DNA of 64,000 bases from Candidatus Ryanbacteria bacterium CG10_big_fil_rev_8_21_14_0_10_43_42 (GTDB lineage: Bacteria > Patescibacteriota > Minisyncoccia > Ryanbacterales > 2-02-FULL-48-12): NCBI GenBank assembly GCA_002793915.1, contig PFEF01000010.1, positions 60,011-124,010 of the forward strand. Direction: 5' to 3'. Below the pieces are notes generated by a model, which searched no databases, was not told the DNA's origin, and saw nothing but the letters and a program-made list of their open reading frames with translations. The position numbers and the translations under genes are program-made. Below are positions 49,172 to 59,415 of the stretch, in pieces. Position 1 is the stretch's first letter; each line of letters opens with the position of its first letter.

Positions 49172-50245
49172 TTATCTCCCTATTAATGCAAGTGCCATAC
49201 CAATAATAGCAAATATAACGCTCATTACCCAAAAGCGCATTGTTACTTTATGGGAGGGCCATCCTTTTGCTTCAAAGTGATGCTGAATGGGAGCTACCAG
49301 GAATACTTTCTTGCCGCGTATTTTGCGGGATGCAATTTGGATAATGTCCGATCCGGACGCTAGTACTAAGGGAAGTGCGATAATAGGTAATAAAAGAACG
49401 GAATCAGTGAAAAAGGCGATTACGGTCAGTGTGGTTGTAAGACCAACCATACCGGATTCCCCCATCCAGAAACGTGCCGGCGGGATATTGAACCATAGAA
49501 AGGCGAGGATAGCGCCAACGATAACACCGGCAAATGTTGCTACATCGAATTGATTTTGAAAAAATGCAATACCGCTATATGCGGCAAAGGCGGATGCAAG
49601 CACGCCGCCAGAAAGGCCGTCTATACCGTCTATAACACTGCCACTGAAGGTAGCAAGCATCGTCAGGACAAAAAACGGGATATACCAAATACCGATGAAT
49701 ATGTTTCCTATGCCCGGGAAATAGAGTGTCCGCCAGTCAAGTTTTGTGTAAAACCAAAATGCGCCCACGAGTGCGATGAGGGTTACAATGGTGATGCGTA
49801 CCCAAAGGTCAATACCGCCCGTGAGACGATTTTTGCGGGAAGCCCAAATTTGAAGCATATCATCAGCAAGTCCGAGAAAAGATGCGGTGATAAGGGTAAA
49901 TAAAAGAATCCATGTTTGAGAGCGACTTACAAAATTTAGTTTTTCAAAAAACGGAATGGCGGTATATGTTGAAAGAAGCCAGAATGTAAATGCAATAACA
50001 AAAACACTTCCCCAGATAAGAATTCCACCCACTCGCGGTGTATGTGTTTCGTTGTGTAGTGAGTTAAACACTATAGCTTCTTCTCCCGTAAGATCTCTTT
50101 TTCCACTTGATGCTTTCCAGAGCTTGTACATGTACATATAGCGGGTAAGAATGGGAGTAAGTGCTATGGCAAGAAAAAAAGAAAGACCGGAAAGACCGAG
50201 AACTTTAAATATGTTAAGAGTAAGATCATTTCCTGTTTCAATCAT
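49172..50245 (-). CDS. mraY: Phospho-N-acetylmuramoyl-pentapeptide transferase MraY
   Basis: 10-TM protein with DD and NxxNxxDGIDGL motifs (VIDGIDGLSGG). Confidence 0.85.
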   Translation of the reverse strand: MIETGNDLTLNIFKVLGLSGLSFFLAIALTPILTRYMYMYKLWKASSGKRDLTGEEAIVFNSLHNETHTPRVGGILIWGSVFVIAFTFWLLSTYTAIPFFEKLNFVSRSQTWILLFTLITASFLGLADDMLQIWASRKNRLTGGIDLWVRITIVTLIALVGAFWFYTKLDWRTLYFPGIGNIFIGIWYIPFFVLTMLATFSGSVIDGIDGLSGGVLASAFAAYSGIAFFQNQFDVATFAGVIVGAILAFLWFNIPPARFWMGESGMVGLTTTLTVIAFFTDSVLLLPIIALPLVLASGSDIIQIASRKIRGKKVFLVAPIQHHFEAKGWPSHKVTMRFWVMSVIFAIIGMALALIGR

Positions 50246-50275
50246 AGCGATGGGTGGTGGAATATTAAAACCCTT

Positions 50276-51217
50276 TTAATTCCGAAGCCAGTCGGCAAGC
50301 AATATTGTATCTTTAAACCTTCCTTCCCTGCTCGATCCTAAAATAACAATAATAACAGGATGTCCTAGTGGTATCTCCGCTAAGGACACAAGAGAACCAT
50401 GCGTGGTGTCGGTAAATCCTGTTTTCCCTCCTGTAATACCCGGAATTTCTTGAGGTAGTGCATTTATGGAAGAAAGCGGGTAAAGATTACCTTCAAATGA
50501 ATGAACGGTATAAGTTGCCTTGCGGGAAAATTCCCATAATGAAGGATACTGTTCCGCATATGTTACAAGAAGAGCGACGTCATAGGCGGTGGATATGTTG
50601 CTGACAATGCCGGCGTCCTCGTTAATATCGAGTCCCGTAGGATTTTGAAATATGGTGTGCATAAGGCCTATTTCATAGGCTTTTTCATTCATGAGGGATA
50701 CAAATATGTTTTGACTTTCTTGAAATGATGATGCTCCCCGCAAAGTGCCGATATGTTCAGCAATGCTTGCGGCGGCATCGTTGCTTGATTCCATCATCAT
50801 CATTGCGATAAGATCTTTTAAACGAAGATGGTCGCCGGGAAGAAGATTACCGGCAATGCCTTCCGTAGCGATGGCATCCGGACTTATAAAAATAAGTTCA
50901 TCCGCACCTGCCTGTTCGAGGGCAACGATAGCTGTCATTATCTTGGTAAGACTTGCAATACCTATTGTTTGATTTTCATTTTTCCCAAAAATAGTTGTTT
51001 CCGAGAGAGGATCAAATACTAGTGCCGCCAGTGCTTCCACGGTTGGTGCGTCCGGCCGGACGGTCTCATGTTCTCTCAATATCTGTTCTTGTCCGAGAGA
51101 TGTGTAGAGGGATGCCCGGGTGTGCGTGCGTAAAGTACTGCTCATACTGGGAATTATCGGTGTGAGGGCAAGGACGGCAATAGCCAATATAAGAGCTGTG
51201 TTTTGAGTGGGTGACAT
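50276..51217 (-). CDS. D-alanyl-D-alanine carboxypeptidase (S11, PBP5/DacB-like)
   Basis: SxxK (ASLTK), SxN (ESSND) and KTG (GGKTGFT) motifs, with a signal anchor. Confidence 0.65.
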   Translation of the reverse strand: MSPTQNTALILAIAVLALTPIIPSMSSTLRTHTRASLYTSLGQEQILREHETVRPDAPTVEALAALVFDPLSETTIFGKNENQTIGIASLTKIMTAIVALEQAGADELIFISPDAIATEGIAGNLLPGDHLRLKDLIAMMMMESSNDAAASIAEHIGTLRGASSFQESQNIFVSLMNEKAYEIGLMHTIFQNPTGLDINEDAGIVSNISTAYDVALLVTYAEQYPSLWEFSRKATYTVHSFEGNLYPLSSINALPQEIPGITGGKTGFTDTTHGSLVSLAEIPLGHPVIIVILGSSREGRFKDTILLADWLRN

Positions 51218-51251
51218 TTAGTTGCAAAAAATTAAATAATAATACAGCGAT

Positions 51252-51812
51252 TTATGCTTGAGGCGCTATGGTGTGAGCCTCAAGTTCTTGTCTGTATGTT
51301 TCATATTCCGGCAAATCGGCAAAGGATGCAAGTCCCAAGAATTTCATAAAATCCACGGTGGGACGATAATGATATGTACGGACATCCTGTTTTATATGAA
51401 TACGTTCTACAAGTCCCCGTGTGAGAAGATTACGAAGAGTAAAAGCCGAATTTACACCGCGGATATAGTCAATTTCCGGACGGCTAATGGGATGCCGGTA
51501 TGCGATTATGGTAAGAGTTTCAAGCGCGGCTTTGGACATATCGCCCCATAATTCAGCTTTAATAAGCTCTTCTATGTAGGATGCGTAATGAGGAGCTGTT
51601 ACCAGAGAAACATGGTTGTCTTTGGTAAGAATTCGCAGTCCGCGTATTTCAAGCATGCGTTCTAATTCTGTACATGCTTGTACCACCGTTGTTTCATCCT
51701 TTTTTGTAATGGCGGCGAGTTTTTTATGCGACACAGGGTCTCCTGAAACAAATAACAATGCTTCTATAATGCGCGCAAGTTCGCTAATATCCTGGTGACT
51801 GTGCATGAACAC
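51252..51812 (-). CDS. scpB: Segregation and condensation protein B (ScpB)
   Basis: Tandem winged-helix domains (IIEALLFVSGDPV); follows scpA. Confidence 0.7.
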   Translation of the reverse strand: MFMHSHQDISELARIIEALLFVSGDPVSHKKLAAITKKDETTVVQACTELERMLEIRGLRILTKDNHVSLVTAPHYASYIEELIKAELWGDMSKAALETLTIIAYRHPISRPEIDYIRGVNSAFTLRNLLTRGLVERIHIKQDVRTYHYRPTVDFMKFLGLASFADLPEYETYRQELEAHTIAPQA

Positions 51813-51827
51813 AGTATAGCATTTTGT

Positions 51828-52550
51828 CTAGGATTTATGCATAGTAATATCCCCAAAGCGTGCTTCTTGGTTTGCAAGCATGAGCCCTTGTTTTATAAGT
51901 TCCAGCATAGCAAGAAAGCTTATAATTATCTCCCCTTTTTCAACATTCCCTCGTACAAGTGAGGAAAAGGACATATGAATATTTTTTTGCATGCGTTTTT
52001 CCAGTTCTGCCATTCGTTCTTCTATGGAAATAATGACCTGAATGGTTTTTTCCGGAAGGAGTTCTTTTTGAGGTATTGCATCCATCATGGCGCGCATCAT
52101 ACGCATCATATCTTCTACGGTAAGTGATTCGGGAGGATAAAAAACTGTTGGCAGATCGGTAGGTAATGTTCGTGCATACATGTGTCTTCCTGCTTTTTTC
52201 AGATGCATAATATGGGAGGAAAGCTCGCGGAGACGCCGATAGACTTGAAGGCGATCTTCCAGTTCTTCAATATCCTGTTTTTCCTCCTTAGTGAGTTCCA
52301 AATGCGGTAAAAGGGATCGTGATTTAGCGAGCATAAGAGTGGCGGCAATAACCAAAAAGGACGCAACCTCTCCCGGACGAAATGACTCAAGATTTTTTAC
52401 ATATGCCATGTATTGATCGGCAATAACAGCAAGAGATACTTCATTGATTGAAAGTTTATTTTTATCAATGAGATCCAAGAGGAGTTCCAAAGGTCCTTCA
52501 AATGAGTCTGTTTGTATCCGATAATGCATATGCTTATTTTTTTTCTTCAA
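51828..52550 (-). CDS. scpA: Segregation and condensation protein A (ScpA kleisin)
   Basis: N-terminal FEGPLELLLDLI motif; 240 aa. Confidence 0.7.
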   Translation of the reverse strand: MKKKNKHMHYRIQTDSFEGPLELLLDLIDKNKLSINEVSLAVIADQYMAYVKNLESFRPGEVASFLVIAATLMLAKSRSLLPHLELTKEEKQDIEELEDRLQVYRRLRELSSHIMHLKKAGRHMYARTLPTDLPTVFYPPESLTVEDMMRMMRAMMDAIPQKELLPEKTIQVIISIEERMAELEKRMQKNIHMSFSSLVRGNVEKGEIIISFLAMLELIKQGLMLANQEARFGDITMHKS

Positions 52551-53937
52551 TGATGCGAATTCCCAATTCGTTTAGTTGTTCTTCCGTGGCGGGGCTCGGT
52601 GCATTCATCATAAGGTCGCGTCCATCCCCTGTTTTAGGAAAAGCGATTACTTCACGTATATTCGGTTCATTTGTAAGGAGGGCAATGAGGCGATCCAATC
52701 CCCAGGCAATACCGCCATGTGGAGGTGCGCCATACGAAAGTGCCTCCATCATATGACCGAATTCCTTTTCAATATGATTTTTTTCGAAACCCATAATTTC
52801 AAATACTTTTTCCAAAAGTTCAGGCTTATGATTACGGATACTACCACCCGCAATTTCATAGCCATTGAGCGCAATATCATACTGTGACGTAATAATATCC
52901 CCGATATGTTCTTTGGCGTGAAGCCACTCTTCATGTTCGGGAATGGGACGCGAAAATGGATTATGCGTGAATGTCCATTCTCCTTTATCTGTTTTCTCAA
53001 AAAAGGGAAAATCAATTATCCAACAAAATGCGAGGAGATTCGGGTCTTCTTTATCTTTACGAAGATCGGGGCGATCTGAATTATATTTCTCTATTGCTTC
53101 TTTGTAGGTGAGGCGCGGAAAGGGCATTTCCTGAATAATTTTTTCCGGAGCGATTTTTTGCACCAGATGCGTTATTAAATCTTCATTAAGTTGCATAACA
53201 TTTTCTCGTTCGGTAAATGCGAGTTCCATATCAAGCTGGGTAAATTCGGGTTGACGATCCCCTCTCGTATCTTCGTCACGCAAACAGCGCGCTATTTGAA
53301 AATAGCGTTCAAATCCAGCGGTCATTAAAAGCTGTTTATATTGTTGCGGACTTTGGGGAAGTGCATAAAATGTTCCCTGTTGGAGGCGGCTTGGAACCAG
53401 ATAGTCACGTGCGCCTTCCGGCGTTGATTTTGTAAGAAGGGGTGTTTCTATTTCTAGAAAATCTCGCGCGCTTAGAAAGTCGCGTATAGTTTTTATAGCC
53501 TTACTGCGGAGAGCAAAATTTTTCTGCATACGCGCGCGTCGCAGATCAAGGTAGCGGTATTTCATGCGATGTTCTTCGCCAATGTCATACCCATCGCCGG
53601 CAATACTAAAGGGAGGCGTTTTGGCAGTGTTAAGGATCTCCACGCCCGTCACATCAAGTTCAAATTTTCCGGTGGGAAGATCTTCATTTACCATGTTATC
53701 CGGCCGTTTTTTTACGGTACCGGTTACGGAAATTACCCACTCGGAGCGTAGCGTGTCTGCAATGGCATATACACCTTTATTCCCGGCAAAAAAAACGATC
53801 TGTGCGATGTCAGATGTGTCGCGAAGGTCTATAAAAATAAGCTTTCCATGGTCGCGTCGCGTGTCCACCCATCCGGCAAGCGTTACTTCTTCGCCTTCTT
53901 TATTTACAATATCTTTAATATGTGTCCTGTTTTCCAT
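52534..53937 (-). CDS. aspS: Aspartyl-tRNA synthetase, short form lacking the GAD insertion domain
   Basis: OB-fold N-terminal domain; class II motifs with the AspRS-specific QSPQQYKQLLM...FERYFQIARCLRDED...RQPEFTQLD stretch; 467 aa. Confidence 0.8.
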   Translation of the reverse strand: MENRTHIKDIVNKEGEEVTLAGWVDTRRDHGKLIFIDLRDTSDIAQIVFFAGNKGVYAIADTLRSEWVISVTGTVKKRPDNMVNEDLPTGKFELDVTGVEILNTAKTPPFSIAGDGYDIGEEHRMKYRYLDLRRARMQKNFALRSKAIKTIRDFLSARDFLEIETPLLTKSTPEGARDYLVPSRLQQGTFYALPQSPQQYKQLLMTAGFERYFQIARCLRDEDTRGDRQPEFTQLDMELAFTERENVMQLNEDLITHLVQKIAPEKIIQEMPFPRLTYKEAIEKYNSDRPDLRKDKEDPNLLAFCWIIDFPFFEKTDKGEWTFTHNPFSRPIPEHEEWLHAKEHIGDIITSQYDIALNGYEIAGGSIRNHKPELLEKVFEIMGFEKNHIEKEFGHMMEALSYGAPPHGGIAWGLDRLIALLTNEPNIREVIAFPKTGDGRDLMMNAPSPATEEQLNELGIRIIEEKK

Positions 53938-54238
53938 GTCTCTAATCCTAGCAAATATACACTTAAAAACAATCTTTCCAGGCTATTTTTTGAGATTGTA
54001 AAAAGGAAAACCATTTTTATTGGAATTAATATATACCGGAAATACTTTCTTTGGTTTTTTATAGTTACATACCAGTGCCATATCATATATTTATTCTGAA
54101 ACATGATGCGTGATTTTTCATGCCTGTGGTCTATTATTATCAACATGTATAAGAATATTTTGTGTATGAAAATGCTATTCTAAATGGAAGAATATAGATA
54201 TGTAATTGGATTATAATATCGTTGTAAGTTTTTATGTT

Positions 54239-55468
54239 ATGAAGGTTCTTATGTTTGGATGGGAGTTGCCGCCCCATAATAGCGGCGGTCTTGGCACTGC
54301 GTGCGCCGGCCTCGCACGTGCCCTTACCATGCGGGATATTGAGCTAACCTTTGTACTTCCAAGAAAAGTCCCTATAGATACCTTCGGTTATCGTATTATA
54401 TTTGCGGCAGATCAGTTTGGACGGGATTCTTCATACATACCAGGTGCCTTGTCTCCCTACGCGACTACACCGGGCGGATGGGCTCATGGAATAAAAGGAA
54501 CACGCCTTATACAAGGAGGCACGTTTATTAACGAAGTTGAGCGATATAAAATATTTGCAGGCGCGTATGCTACGCGTGTTTCATTTGACGTTATTCACGC
54601 TCACGACTGGCTGTCTATTCCCGCCGGCATTGAAGCGAAGCGTGTAAGTGGAAAACCGCTCGTTGTACATATACATGCTACCGAGTTCGATAGAACAGGA
54701 AATGGGAATATTAATCAGTATGTCTATGAAATAGAACGCATGGGTATTCAAGAAGCTGATCGTGTAATTGCGGTTTCTTGGTTTACGAAAAATATCCTCG
54801 TAAACCATTACGGTGCCGATCCGGATAAAATTATGGTGGTCCATAATGGTGTTGATGTCCCCTCTTCCGCCACAATAAGCTCATATCAGCATGTTTTGCA
54901 GGCGCACCGCGCGGCCGGCAAGAAAATAGTTTTGTATGTGGGGCGTCTTACGCTTCAAAAAGGACCTGATTATTTTCTTCGTGCCGCGAAAGATGTATTG
55001 GAGCGGGAGAAGAATGTTTTATTTGTTATGGTGGGATCCGGAGATATGGAACAGCAACTCATTGAGGAAGCGGCGCGATTTGCTATCTCTGATCGTTTTT
55101 TATTTACCGGTTTTTTAAGAGGAAACGAGTTGGGTAGTGTATTTACGGCAGCTGATTTATTTGTGATGCCGTCAGTTTCCGAACCATTTGGCATCGTGCC
55201 TCTTGAATCGCTTATTTATGGTGTGCCGGTGCTTATTTCAAAACAGTCGGGTATTTCCGAAGTATTGCGACATGCACTCAAGGTGGATTTTTGGGATAAA
55301 GACGATATGGTCAATAGCATAATTTCTGTTATACGACACCAATCCCTTCATGCCACATTATCCTCTTTGGGGAGACAGGAGGCATATGCGCAATCATGGG
55401 AACGCGCTGCCGAAAAATGTTTGCGTATATATGATAGTATTAAAGAACAGTCCATTACTACAGTATGA
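54239..55468 (+). CDS. Glycogen/alpha-glucan synthase-like glycosyltransferase (archaeal-type GT-B)
   Basis: N-terminal MKVLMFGWELPP...GGLGTACAGLARAL resembles archaeal glycogen synthases; GT-B C-terminal E-x7-E region. Start chosen at MKVLMF. Confidence 0.6.
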   Translation: MKVLMFGWELPPHNSGGLGTACAGLARALTMRDIELTFVLPRKVPIDTFGYRIIFAADQFGRDSSYIPGALSPYATTPGGWAHGIKGTRLIQGGTFINEVERYKIFAGAYATRVSFDVIHAHDWLSIPAGIEAKRVSGKPLVVHIHATEFDRTGNGNINQYVYEIERMGIQEADRVIAVSWFTKNILVNHYGADPDKIMVVHNGVDVPSSATISSYQHVLQAHRAAGKKIVLYVGRLTLQKGPDYFLRAAKDVLEREKNVLFVMVGSGDMEQQLIEEAARFAISDRFLFTGFLRGNELGSVFTAADLFVMPSVSEPFGIVPLESLIYGVPVLISKQSGISEVLRHALKVDFWDKDDMVNSIISVIRHQSLHATLSSLGRQEAYAQSWERAAEKCLRIYDSIKEQSITTV

Positions 55469-56721
55469 GTTCCGTTTGTTTTTATTTTCAGGTACACCAG
55501 CCGTTGCGCATAAAACCGTACCGTATTTTTGATATCGGTCATGACCATGACTATTTTAACGACAACAGCGATACAAATCTAAACAATAAAAAAATACTCC
55601 ATAAGGTCGCGGAAAAGTGCTATATCCCCGCAAACGAAATGCTACTGTCGCTTTTGAAGCGTCATCCTGAATTTAAAGTAAGCTTTTCCATTAGCGGGAT
55701 TGCACTTGAACAATTTGAACAATATGCTCCGCATGTTTTAGAATCATTCCAAAAATTAGTGGAAACAGGTCGTGTCGAGATTCTTTCCGAAACGTATTAT
55801 CATTCATTGGCATCTCTTTCTTCTCCTAAGGAATTTGCGCGTCAAATACATCAGCATCGGCAGAAAGTTTACGATGTATTTAACTTGTGGCCGGATGTAT
55901 TTCGTAACACAGAACTTGTATACAAAAATAGCATAGCCGAAGAGGTCGGAAAATTGGGCTTTAAAGGTATGCTTATGGAAGGTGCTGATCATATACTTGG
56001 ATGGAGGAGTCCCAATTATGTTTACGCATCCCGCAGTGATAATTTTAGCATCAAGCTTCTTCTTAAAAATTATCGCTTGTCCGATGATATTGCGTTTCGA
56101 TTCGGTGAGACATCCTGGCATGAATATCCCCTTACGGCCCCGAAATTTGCTCACTGGGTTAATGCGCATAACGGAAACGGTGATGTTATTAATCTTTTTA
56201 TGGATTATGAAACATTCGGTGAGCATCAATGGAAAGAAACAGGTATTTTTAATTTTTTAAGCGCTTTGCCGGCGGAAATCTTAAAACATCCCGATAATTC
56301 ATTTATTACCCCGAGTGAAGCTATAATGCATTACCCTTCAGTGAGCGAATTGGATGTGCCTCATCCGGTATCGTGGGCGGATATCGAACGAGATCTTTCC
56401 GCTTGGCTGTCCAATCCCATGCAGTATGATGCTATGAGAGCCATATACGCCATGGAGGAAGATGTTCTTCGTACAAAGAATCCTGTGCTCATTGCTGATT
56501 GGAGAAAATTGCAGACATCAGACCATTTTTATTATATGTGTACAAAATGGTTCGCAGATGGTGATGTGCATGCATATTTTAATCCGTATACGTCGCCTTA
56601 TGAGGCGTTTATAGCTTATATGAATGTTATTGCCGATATGAATTTACGTGTGGAAAGTGCACCGAAATATATCACGTGGCCGGTCGTGATGAAGAAAATA
56701 CAGGAATTTTTTAATAACTAA
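55465..56721 (+). CDS. Glycoside hydrolase family 57 protein (alpha-amylase/alpha-glucan processing)
   Basis: N-terminal FYFQVHQPLR (GH57 HQP motif) and a TIM-like core; 4-nt overlap with the upstream gene. Confidence 0.65.
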   Translation: MSSVCFYFQVHQPLRIKPYRIFDIGHDHDYFNDNSDTNLNNKKILHKVAEKCYIPANEMLLSLLKRHPEFKVSFSISGIALEQFEQYAPHVLESFQKLVETGRVEILSETYYHSLASLSSPKEFARQIHQHRQKVYDVFNLWPDVFRNTELVYKNSIAEEVGKLGFKGMLMEGADHILGWRSPNYVYASRSDNFSIKLLLKNYRLSDDIAFRFGETSWHEYPLTAPKFAHWVNAHNGNGDVINLFMDYETFGEHQWKETGIFNFLSALPAEILKHPDNSFITPSEAIMHYPSVSELDVPHPVSWADIERDLSAWLSNPMQYDAMRAIYAMEEDVLRTKNPVLIADWRKLQTSDHFYYMCTKWFADGDVHAYFNPYTSPYEAFIAYMNVIADMNLRVESAPKYITWPVVMKKIQEFFNN

Positions 56722-56733
56722 TACAATAAACTT

Positions 56734-57063
56734 ATGAAGACATTGGAAAAGAAAAAAGTGGTATCGAAAAAAAGAACAGTGAAAAAAACAAAAGGACATG
56801 TATGTGTTTCCGAAGCGCATGCAGAGCATTGTTTTTGGGTGCATAATGGACCAGTCATCAGTACTATTTCCGAACTGATTCAGTCGTTGCAAACCATGGC
56901 GGATGATCAATTTGATTACCATACGAAACGCGCCGGTAATGATTTTGCTCTGTGGGTTAAAGAAGTACTTGGTGATAATCAGTGTGCCGCTGTCATGAGT
57001 CGTGCACGCACGCGGGCGGGAATGCTTAAGGCATTATCGAGTCATCGCAATTCTTGTAATTAG
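56734..57063 (+). CDS. Small Lys-rich protein between the GH57 and GH15 genes
   Basis: 109 aa with a KKKVVSKKRTVKKTKG N-terminus and a conserved-looking C-terminal half; no family recognised. Confidence 0.35.
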   Translation: MKTLEKKKVVSKKRTVKKTKGHVCVSEAHAEHCFWVHNGPVISTISELIQSLQTMADDQFDYHTKRAGNDFALWVKEVLGDNQCAAVMSRARTRAGMLKALSSHRNSCN

Positions 57064-57068
57064 ACATC

Positions 57069-59066
57069 ATGGCAAATTCTTTTGTATTGGGAAACGGGAC
57101 TATCCTTTTATGTTTTGACGCACACGGTGCCGTTAATGATTTTTATTATCCCTATGTTGGTTCAGAGAATCATGTGGGTCATGGCAGAACGCATCGTATT
57201 GGTGTGTGGATAGACGGTGAGTTTTCGTGGATGAATGACGGTTCTTGGAACATTGAAGCCGGTTTTGAACGTGGTACGATGGCCTCCCGTATACGGGCTG
57301 TTAACGAAGGCCTTCAAATTGAAATTTCTTTTACGGACGTTGTGTATAATGAAAGCAATATATTCCTTCGGTGTGCTGTCGTTCGCAATAAAGACAAAAA
57401 AAGAAGGGAGATCAGAGTGTTTTTTAGTCAGCAGTTTTCCGTGGGCGGTACGGGTTTTGCAAATACGGTGTATGTCCATAAAGATAAAAAAACCGTTATT
57501 CATTATAAGGGGCGCAATGTATTTTTAGTATCCGGCATGCATGCGGGTACGTATTTTGATGATTATTCCGTGGGACTTGCCGAGGTGGAAGGAAAGGAAG
57601 GAACATGGAAAGATGCTGAAGATGGTATTCTCGCAAAGAATGCCATTGAGCACGGAACGGTAGATTCCACTATAGGCTTCACTCTTTCCATAGGGGCGGA
57701 TAGTGAAGAAGATGTATATTATTGGGTTACCGTCGGTCATACATTAGGTGAAGCGACGAATCTTCATGAGGATGTTATAAAAAAGACCCCGGCGCATATA
57801 CGAGAGAGCACTATAGACTACTGGCATGCATGGTTGTCTAAAAGATCATTCACCTTTCACGGACTTAGTAATAAGGCGGCGGATTTATTTAACACATCTC
57901 TTCTTGTTATACGGGCGCATAATGATAATCATGGCGGAATACTTGCATCCGGCGATTCGGTTATTTTGCAGTACGGTAGGGATACTTATGGGTATGTGTG
58001 GCCGCGCGACGGTGCTATTACGGCGGATGCCTTGGATAAGGCGGGTTATTTTCATATTGGTGAGCGATTTTATACGTTTTGCAACGATCTTCTTTCCGAA
58101 GACGGTTATATGCTTCATAAATATAATGCCGATCGATCGTTCGGAAGTTCTTGGCATCCATGGTTGCATGATGGAAAGCCTCAGCTGGCAATTCAGGAAG
58201 ATGAGACTGCCCTTCCTTTAGCGTTATTATGGAATCATTATGAGCTTACGCGCGACTTGGAGTTTGTGGAGTTAATTTATAATTCGTTCATTGTGCGCGC
58301 GGGCCAGTTTCTTTTGGACTACAGGGATCCGAAAACACATCTTCCTCTGCCCAGCTATGATTTATGGGAAGAGCGGAACGGTATTCATTGTTTTACGGCA
58401 AGCTCTGTTTATGGTGCACTTGTTGCCGTTTCCCGATTTGCTCATTTACTTGGCAAAGAAAAGGATACGGTCAGATTTGAAAAAGCCGCCCAGTTGATGA
58501 AAGCGGCAGTTCTTAAATATTTTTATAATAAAAAAGAAGGATATTTTATTCGCTCCTTATGGTTCGAGGGTACTGATATGGTGGAGGATACCATTATAGA
58601 TTCAAGTTCGGCTTATGGAATATTTCGCTTTGGACTTCTCCCCTCTCATGATAAGCGACTTGTATCGGCATTTGGATATACAAAAGAAAAATTGGGCGTT
58701 CCCTTGGGAGATCATTGGGGATTGGCACGGTATGAGGGAGATATGTATTATCGGGTACATAATAAGCAATATCCCGGTAATCCCTGGCTGGTTACCACGC
58801 TTTGGTATGTCGAATACAAAATTTCAATGGCAAAAACGGCAACGGATCTGGAAGAAATTCGTTCTATGCTAGAGTGGGTAGCAGATTATACGGGCGGCGG
58901 CGGTATGCTTCCCGAGCAAATCAATCCTTATACGGGCGATCCGTTGTCGGCACTGCCGCTTACCTGGAGTCATTCGGCATATGTGCTTGCCTGTATTGAG
59001 TATCTTAAGCGATTAAATGCACTTGGTCTCTGCATCACCTGCTACCCCATTCAAAACGATCTGTGA
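57069..59066 (+). CDS. Glucoamylase/glucodextranase-like GH15 family protein
   Basis: N-terminal beta-sandwich region followed by an (alpha/alpha)6 barrel with GH15-like conserved stretches (YVWPRDGA, SWHPW, LPEQINPYTG). Confidence 0.65.
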   Translation: MANSFVLGNGTILLCFDAHGAVNDFYYPYVGSENHVGHGRTHRIGVWIDGEFSWMNDGSWNIEAGFERGTMASRIRAVNEGLQIEISFTDVVYNESNIFLRCAVVRNKDKKRREIRVFFSQQFSVGGTGFANTVYVHKDKKTVIHYKGRNVFLVSGMHAGTYFDDYSVGLAEVEGKEGTWKDAEDGILAKNAIEHGTVDSTIGFTLSIGADSEEDVYYWVTVGHTLGEATNLHEDVIKKTPAHIRESTIDYWHAWLSKRSFTFHGLSNKAADLFNTSLLVIRAHNDNHGGILASGDSVILQYGRDTYGYVWPRDGAITADALDKAGYFHIGERFYTFCNDLLSEDGYMLHKYNADRSFGSSWHPWLHDGKPQLAIQEDETALPLALLWNHYELTRDLEFVELIYNSFIVRAGQFLLDYRDPKTHLPLPSYDLWEERNGIHCFTASSVYGALVAVSRFAHLLGKEKDTVRFEKAAQLMKAAVLKYFYNKKEGYFIRSLWFEGTDMVEDTIIDSSSAYGIFRFGLLPSHDKRLVSAFGYTKEKLGVPLGDHWGLARYEGDMYYRVHNKQYPGNPWLVTTLWYVEYKISMAKTATDLEEIRSMLEWVADYTGGGGMLPEQINPYTGDPLSALPLTWSHSAYVLACIEYLKRLNALGLCITCYPIQNDL

Positions 59067-59113
59067 TGTATGGGAATTACATAGATCCTGCTAAAAACGG
59101 ACAACAAAAAATG

Positions 59114-59142
59114 TTGACACTATATTAGTTCTATAGTATTAT
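59114..59142 (+). promoter_or_regulatory. Near-consensus sigma-70 promoter for the small-peptide cassette
   Basis: TTGACA, 17 nt, TATTAT; followed by an 12-bp inverted repeat (59166-59177 / 59187-59198) in the 5' UTR. Confidence 0.5.
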
Positions 59143-59216
59143 ATCTTTGAAGCAGTTCTTAAAAAAATATTCAAAAACTGAAAATATTTTTGAATATTGA
59201 AGAATAGGAGGATAGT

Positions 59217-59336
59217 ATGGGCGTGCCGATTTCCGAGATGGATCCCATGTTTCTTTTAGCTTGTGTAGGAACAACCCTTTGGTTGATCGGCTATTGTTAT
59301 TACGCTTTGCGTAACCGGAAAAAGCGAGGGATATAG
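59217..59336 (+). CDS. 39-aa hydrophobic peptide with a basic C-terminus (type I toxin-like or small membrane protein)
   Basis: AGGAGG RBS 6 nt upstream; MGVPISEMDPMFLLACVGTTLWLIGYCYYALRNRKKRGI. A terminator follows. Not in the ORF track because it is under 60 aa. Confidence 0.4.
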   Translation: MGVPISEMDPMFLLACVGTTLWLIGYCYYALRNRKKRGI

Positions 59337-59382
59337 GAGCAGTATAGACATATTGATTTTGGAGACGGATCCTGTTTTTTAT

Positions 59383-59415
59383 AAGGTCAGTTTTAAACTG
59401 GCCTTTTTCTTTTTA
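59383..59415 (+). terminator. Intrinsic terminator after the 39-aa peptide gene
   Basis: aggtcagttt-taa-aactggcct (one mismatch) followed by TTTTTCTTTTT. Confidence 0.45.
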
